Source: Balanoglossus misakiensis
Taxonomy: Eukaryota; Animalia; Hemichordata
NCBI GenBank assembly: GCA_040954595.2
Contig: CM082597.2
Span: forward strand, 6,287,849-6,351,848
Length of the DNA stretch: 64,000 bases
Direction of reading: 5' to 3'
This document shows positions 59,653 through 64,000 of this stretch, piece after piece. Every line of letters begins with the position of its first letter. The first letter of the stretch is position 1. The notes below the pieces were generated by a model that made no database searches, had not been told where the DNA came from, and saw only the letters and a program-made list of their open reading frames with translations. The translations under genes and the position numbers were made by a program.

Positions 59653-60148
59653 ATGGCCTCGTCACTCTACAAGATCACGCCTCCTGGATAACTTTGCTGA
59701 ATACAGCTAACATACAAAAATACAAACCAATTCAGGACCTCGCCATTGGTTTGGGCGAAGGTGAAATTCCTCAGGTGCAGTACCATCGGAAATGCCGAAG
59801 TCTCTTTACGATGAAAAAGGCTCTTGAATCTATCCTTTCTAAAGAGCAGTCATCATCAACTGAGGGAACCAATACACTGGAACGTAAAAAAGAGGTCGAG
59901 CATACAAGGGTCTCGGTGTGATCACATTTGCCTATTTTGCTCCACCACCAAGTACATGAAGGGAAGTAGGACAAGAGCTCATTTAGTTCGTTGTCAGCAA
60001 TTGCGTGCGGACAACACATTAAGGGAGGCAGCAACAAGAAAAAACGACAGTAAAATTCGTGCACTTCTCAGTCGTGAGTTGGTTGCTGCTGAGGGTCACT
60101 ATCATAGAAAGTGTTATAGGGACTATACAAGGCCTGATATTCAAGCAG
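59653..60148 (+). pseudogene. Academ-type transposase N-terminal fragment (frameshifted)
   Basis: ...QYHRKCRSLFTMKK...CLFC...RADNTLREAA...ELVAAEGHYHRKCYRDYTR spread across frames. Confidence 0.7.
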
Positions 60149-60911
60149 CGTAAGCAGGATTAGAGCAGATGTGGTGATGATACTTTCATGTGATTGTTTT
60201 TCTGCTGCAAGAAGTTCTTTTCAGCATTGTACTTTAGGTCAACAGTACCTATATCTAGTGAGACGGATATACAAGCACCCTACCATTTACATCATTGTCC
60301 CTTTGAATTCCGTATTTAGCGTATGCTGCAAGTTTTGTTGGTGGAATTGTTAACCTGTTTAACACCAATTTTGGTAACTAACTTGTTTGATAGATCAGTC
60401 AGGGGAACTACCTCAGGGTTTGTGAACAAATCATTTCTGATAAAAGAAAATAACTCTTCTTGAGCAATTTGCAGGACATCCTCATAACTAGTATCTTGAT
60501 CATGTTGACTTTCATCAACCTCCATATGACTTGAACCTGCTTGAGCAAAATAGGCAAATGTGATCACACCGAGACCCTTGTATGCTCGACCTCTTTTTTA
60601 CGTTCCAGTGTATTGGTTCCCTCAGTTGATGACGACTGCTCTTTAGAAAGGATAGATTCAAGAGCCTTTTTCATCGTAAAGAGACTTCGGCATTTTCGAT
60701 GGTACTGCACCTGAGGAATTTCACCTTCGCCCAAACCAATGGCGAGGTCCTGAATTGGTTTGTATTTTTGTATGTTAGCTGTATTCAGCAAAGTTATCCA
60801 GGAGGCGTGATCTTGTAGAGTGACGAGGCTTGCTTTATGGTCGGATTCATGACAGTCGAGAAAACAATCCCGTCGAGCCCTCTTGTGTGGAATAGAAGAT
60901 GGGTTTGCCAT
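60149..60911 (-). pseudogene. Academ-type transposase N-terminal fragment (frameshifted, internal deletion)
   Basis: MANPSS...CFLDC...YHRKCRSLF... then ...AQEELFSFIRNDLFTNPEVVPLTDL...GRVLVYP, with stops and frameshifts. Confidence 0.7.
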
Positions 60912-62491
60912 TTTTTATTTATTATACTGGACCTGAATATAAATAGATCATACTCATATTGTGTCGAGGGGAAAAAATAAGCAGATTTTTGAACCTTTGC
61001 TTGGCTTGTCATCTGCTGTGCCTGTACACTGTAGGATGGTATCCAACAATAATACACAATCAGAGCTACAATGCCTTAATGGCCCCTTCTCGTAGTATTG
61101 TTAGGAATCATCATACAAGTACAGTGCACATGAGCAGCATGCAAAGGTTCACAAATTTGCACATCCGTTCTCCTAAACACCATATGTGCATGATCAGTTG
61201 GGTGTATACTTACCTGTTAGATGGCCAAACCTACCCCGAAATCCGTGGGAAATTGTTTGTTATTATCCCGTTTCTCTACTAATTTTTTTTCTGATTGTAA
61301 TTGAATAATAAGGTCTTCAATTGGTCTGAAAAAAAATCGTGTAGAGTATTTTATCTCATAAATGACATTTGAAGACTTGGGTTTAAAAAATTAATGCGGG
61401 AAATGTTCGTACCATAATTTTTCGAAATTACCCAAATCTTGTGATCTTTTGACCTCTTTGACCTAAATTCAAAACAAAATTGCAACAAATACATATACAA
61501 TCACTAGAGTGCTAAAAAACACACAATTTGAGAGGTAGATGACTTTTCTGGCTTTATTTTTGCCGGAGTTACAACTACTACCCCAATAACAGGGTCTGAA
61601 GTCTTGTGCCATTCTTCCGTATCTCTGTATTTGTGTTTTTCTGATCGTAATTGAATAATAGGGTTTTTTATTGGTTTGAAATAGATTCTGGGAGAGTATT
61701 TTATCTTCTAAATGACATTTAAAGATGTAAGTTCAAAAAAATCGTTCAAGAAATAGTCATACTACAAATGTTCAGAATGACCCAAATTTCATGACCTTTT
61801 GACCTCTATTGGCCTTAATTCAAAACGAATTACCACCAAAATATATTATATTGGTAGAGTTCTAAAAAACACACAATTTGAGTGGTAGATGACTGTTCTG
61901 GGTTTATTTTTGCCGGAGTTACAAGAACTTAAGTTTCCCCTACCCTTAAATCTGAGTGGAAAATTGGATGTCTTTCTGTCGTTTCTCTTTATTTGTTTTT
62001 TTCTGGTCATAAATGAATAATAAGGTTTTCTATTGGTTTGAAATAGATTCTGGGAGAGTTTTTTATCTTGTAAATGACATTTGAAGACTTAAGTTCAAAA
62101 AAATCGTTCAAGAAATAGTCATACTACAAATTTTCAGAATGACCCAAATTTCATGACCTTTTGACCTCTATTGACCTCAATTCAAAACGAATTGCCACCA
62201 AAATATATTATATTGGTAGAGTTCTAAAAAACACACAATTTGAGTGGTAAATGACTGTTCTGGCTTTAGTTTTGCTGGAGTTACAGCAATTTAAAGTTCC
62301 CCTACCCCCAAAATTTGGGTCGGAAATTTTTAGGTTCTTACATTAGTTTTTGAGGGAAAAAATGCAGAAAGCTACTCGATAGGCAGGGCTATCACCCCAA
62401 TTTATAATCTAGAGATATAGGCCTTTCCAAAAAACCATGTGAGGCTTTGTCCATCTTTCTGATACCAAATTCCTGTCTGGCCCATGGACTA

Positions 62492-63364
62492 CCACTGTCA
62501 TGTATACCCTGACTGTACAGGTCATTGCAGGAGTTGCCTGGTCGGTGTGCAGTTCCAGGTTTCACACTATACATCACTAACCAGTTCTACATGGGTTCAA
62601 ATAATAGAAAGCCATTATGATTGATTAAAGTTTTCTATATTGTGTAATGCTGTAAGACCAAATAACCAAATCATGACGTCGCCAGTTTTGCTGCTTATGT
62701 ACTTAGGTGATCATATCGAAGGGAATTGAGAAACAATGTTTAACGCATGATTTTGATAGTAATATACTGCTTTTGAACCACGACTCAACGTACAACGGCC
62801 TGGCATTATTCGCAAATGTTTTGTTGGAGAACAGTATACCGAGTCCCTTTTGTTTAAATGAAGCAGTTTGACATTTACGTGTATTCCACGTGTAGATTAC
62901 AAAGATGATCATTCAGGAATATAGGTCATTGATAAATTACACCTTTACTCGTACCTCTCCATCACACAGTTCAACTTCTCTAGTGTCGCGAGAATACCGC
63001 ATCGTTCCTGCAATTTCGGGACAGCAGACCACGTCAGTCAGTTCAGGTAATTGTCCATTCCATGGGCACGAATGCTGTAAATATTTTAGAAATGTGTGTC
63101 TGATTTAAACTGAACGATATAACTTATATTTTTGTACTTGAGTGGGTCGCTCATACACTCTTTCTTACCAACGTTACACTAGTCTACACTAGTCTCTGTG
63201 TGGAGAATGTTGATCCCCTTCCCTCACATACATACATACATACATACATACATACATACATACATACATACATACACACATACATACATACACACATACA
63301 TACATACATACATACATACATACATACATACATACATACATACATACATACATACATACATACA

Positions 63365-63398
<34 letters not shown>

Positions 63399-63850
63399 CA
63401 TACACACACACACAGACAGAGACAAAACAGCTTTGGCCGTTTAACAAATCCCATTTTCGAAATAAAAGAAAACATTTCAATTTGGTGACAATAAATGTTG
63501 ACATGAAACAGCCACAGTTGTGAAAAGATGGTCTAAGTAATTTGTTGAATGCGAATTACCGACATTAACATTGCCAACCCAGGTCTCAGTGTGTTTACAA
63601 AATTCGATTGTACAGCTTTTAATATAACCAATGATTGTAAAGACAGGAAACAGTTGAGTAAATTATTAATTATTCTTAACAAACAAGCTGGAAGTACAAT
63701 GGAATAATCCCAGGGTACGCTGTATTTTGTCTGTTTGCATATGGGGTATGTTAATGTGTGATTTCCAATAGTGCTTCTTACTGTGAAGGATGTTGACACT
63801 GTATACGACCCGGAGCTTCCACCATTTCCTTCTGACGAACAGTTTGTACT
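62492..63850 (-). CDS. upstream exons of the same fibrinogen-like domain gene (gene continues beyond the window end)
   Basis: Exons 63850-63782, 63074-62955 (CCPEIAGTMRYSRDTREVELCDGE) and 62586-62492 (NWLVMYSVKPGTAHRPGNSCNDLYSQGIHDSG, the P-x-SC...SG start of a fibrinogen-like domain) join in phase 0. The last exon is cut by the Academ terminus. Confidence 0.75.
63226..63415. repeat. (TACA)n microsatellite
   Basis: Direct reading. Confidence 0.97.
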
Positions 63851-64000
63851 CTGTGTGAGAGATGTTGAAATACGCATGCGTGGATCAATAGGAATAATCG
63901 GACTGCAAACACAACATTAGAAGCCAGTGTGAATGTTAATATATCAGATAGGTCACATGCGGACTTGAGCAAATTTCGTATCGGACGAACCTGTTTGTCT

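Larger units (their letters stand above)
58059..62491. mobile_element. Academ DNA transposon composite: two 5' halves in inverted orientation (~1.9-kb inverted repeats)
   Basis: TAGTCCATGGGCCAG...CTGGCCCATGGACTA termini. 58059-59942 is the reverse complement of 60543-62491. Each arm carries ~360-bp subterminal tandem repeats x3 and a transposase 5' end (YHRKCR; ELVAAEGHYHRKCY in the left arm). Confidence 0.85.

Overview
Intron-containing, AT-rich eukaryotic (metazoan invertebrate) genomic DNA. The gene and transposon repertoire suggests a marine invertebrate, possibly an ambulacrarian; this is inference only. Five genes were reconstructed by hand from GT-AG splice sites and reading phase: (1) mitochondrial ribosomal protein L17 (-, 3 exons, with a 1-bp frameshift in exon 1); (2) a 14-exon type II membrane mosaic lectin (+, 5331-39179; TM-EGFx3-EGF*-FTP-EGF*-FTP-CTLD, 667 aa), whose 22.8-kb fifth intron is almost filled by an 88-bp satellite that reverses orientation at about 21165 and so forms a ~21-kb imperfect palindrome; (3) a single-coding-exon GT32 DxD glycosyltransferase (+); (4) a Methuselah-like/class B GPCR with a mucin stalk, an SMB domain and Cys modules (-, 2 coding exons); (5) the 3' part of a fibrinogen-like (YC-x-GGGW type) gene (-). 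One exon of gene 5 is cut by a 4.4-kb structure made of two Academ transposon 5' halves fused facing each other. The rest of the window holds Kolobok/T2-, Tc1/mariner-, Harbinger- and AcademH-type MITEs, microsatellites and a small LINE remnant. No rRNA, tRNA or CRISPR array was seen.
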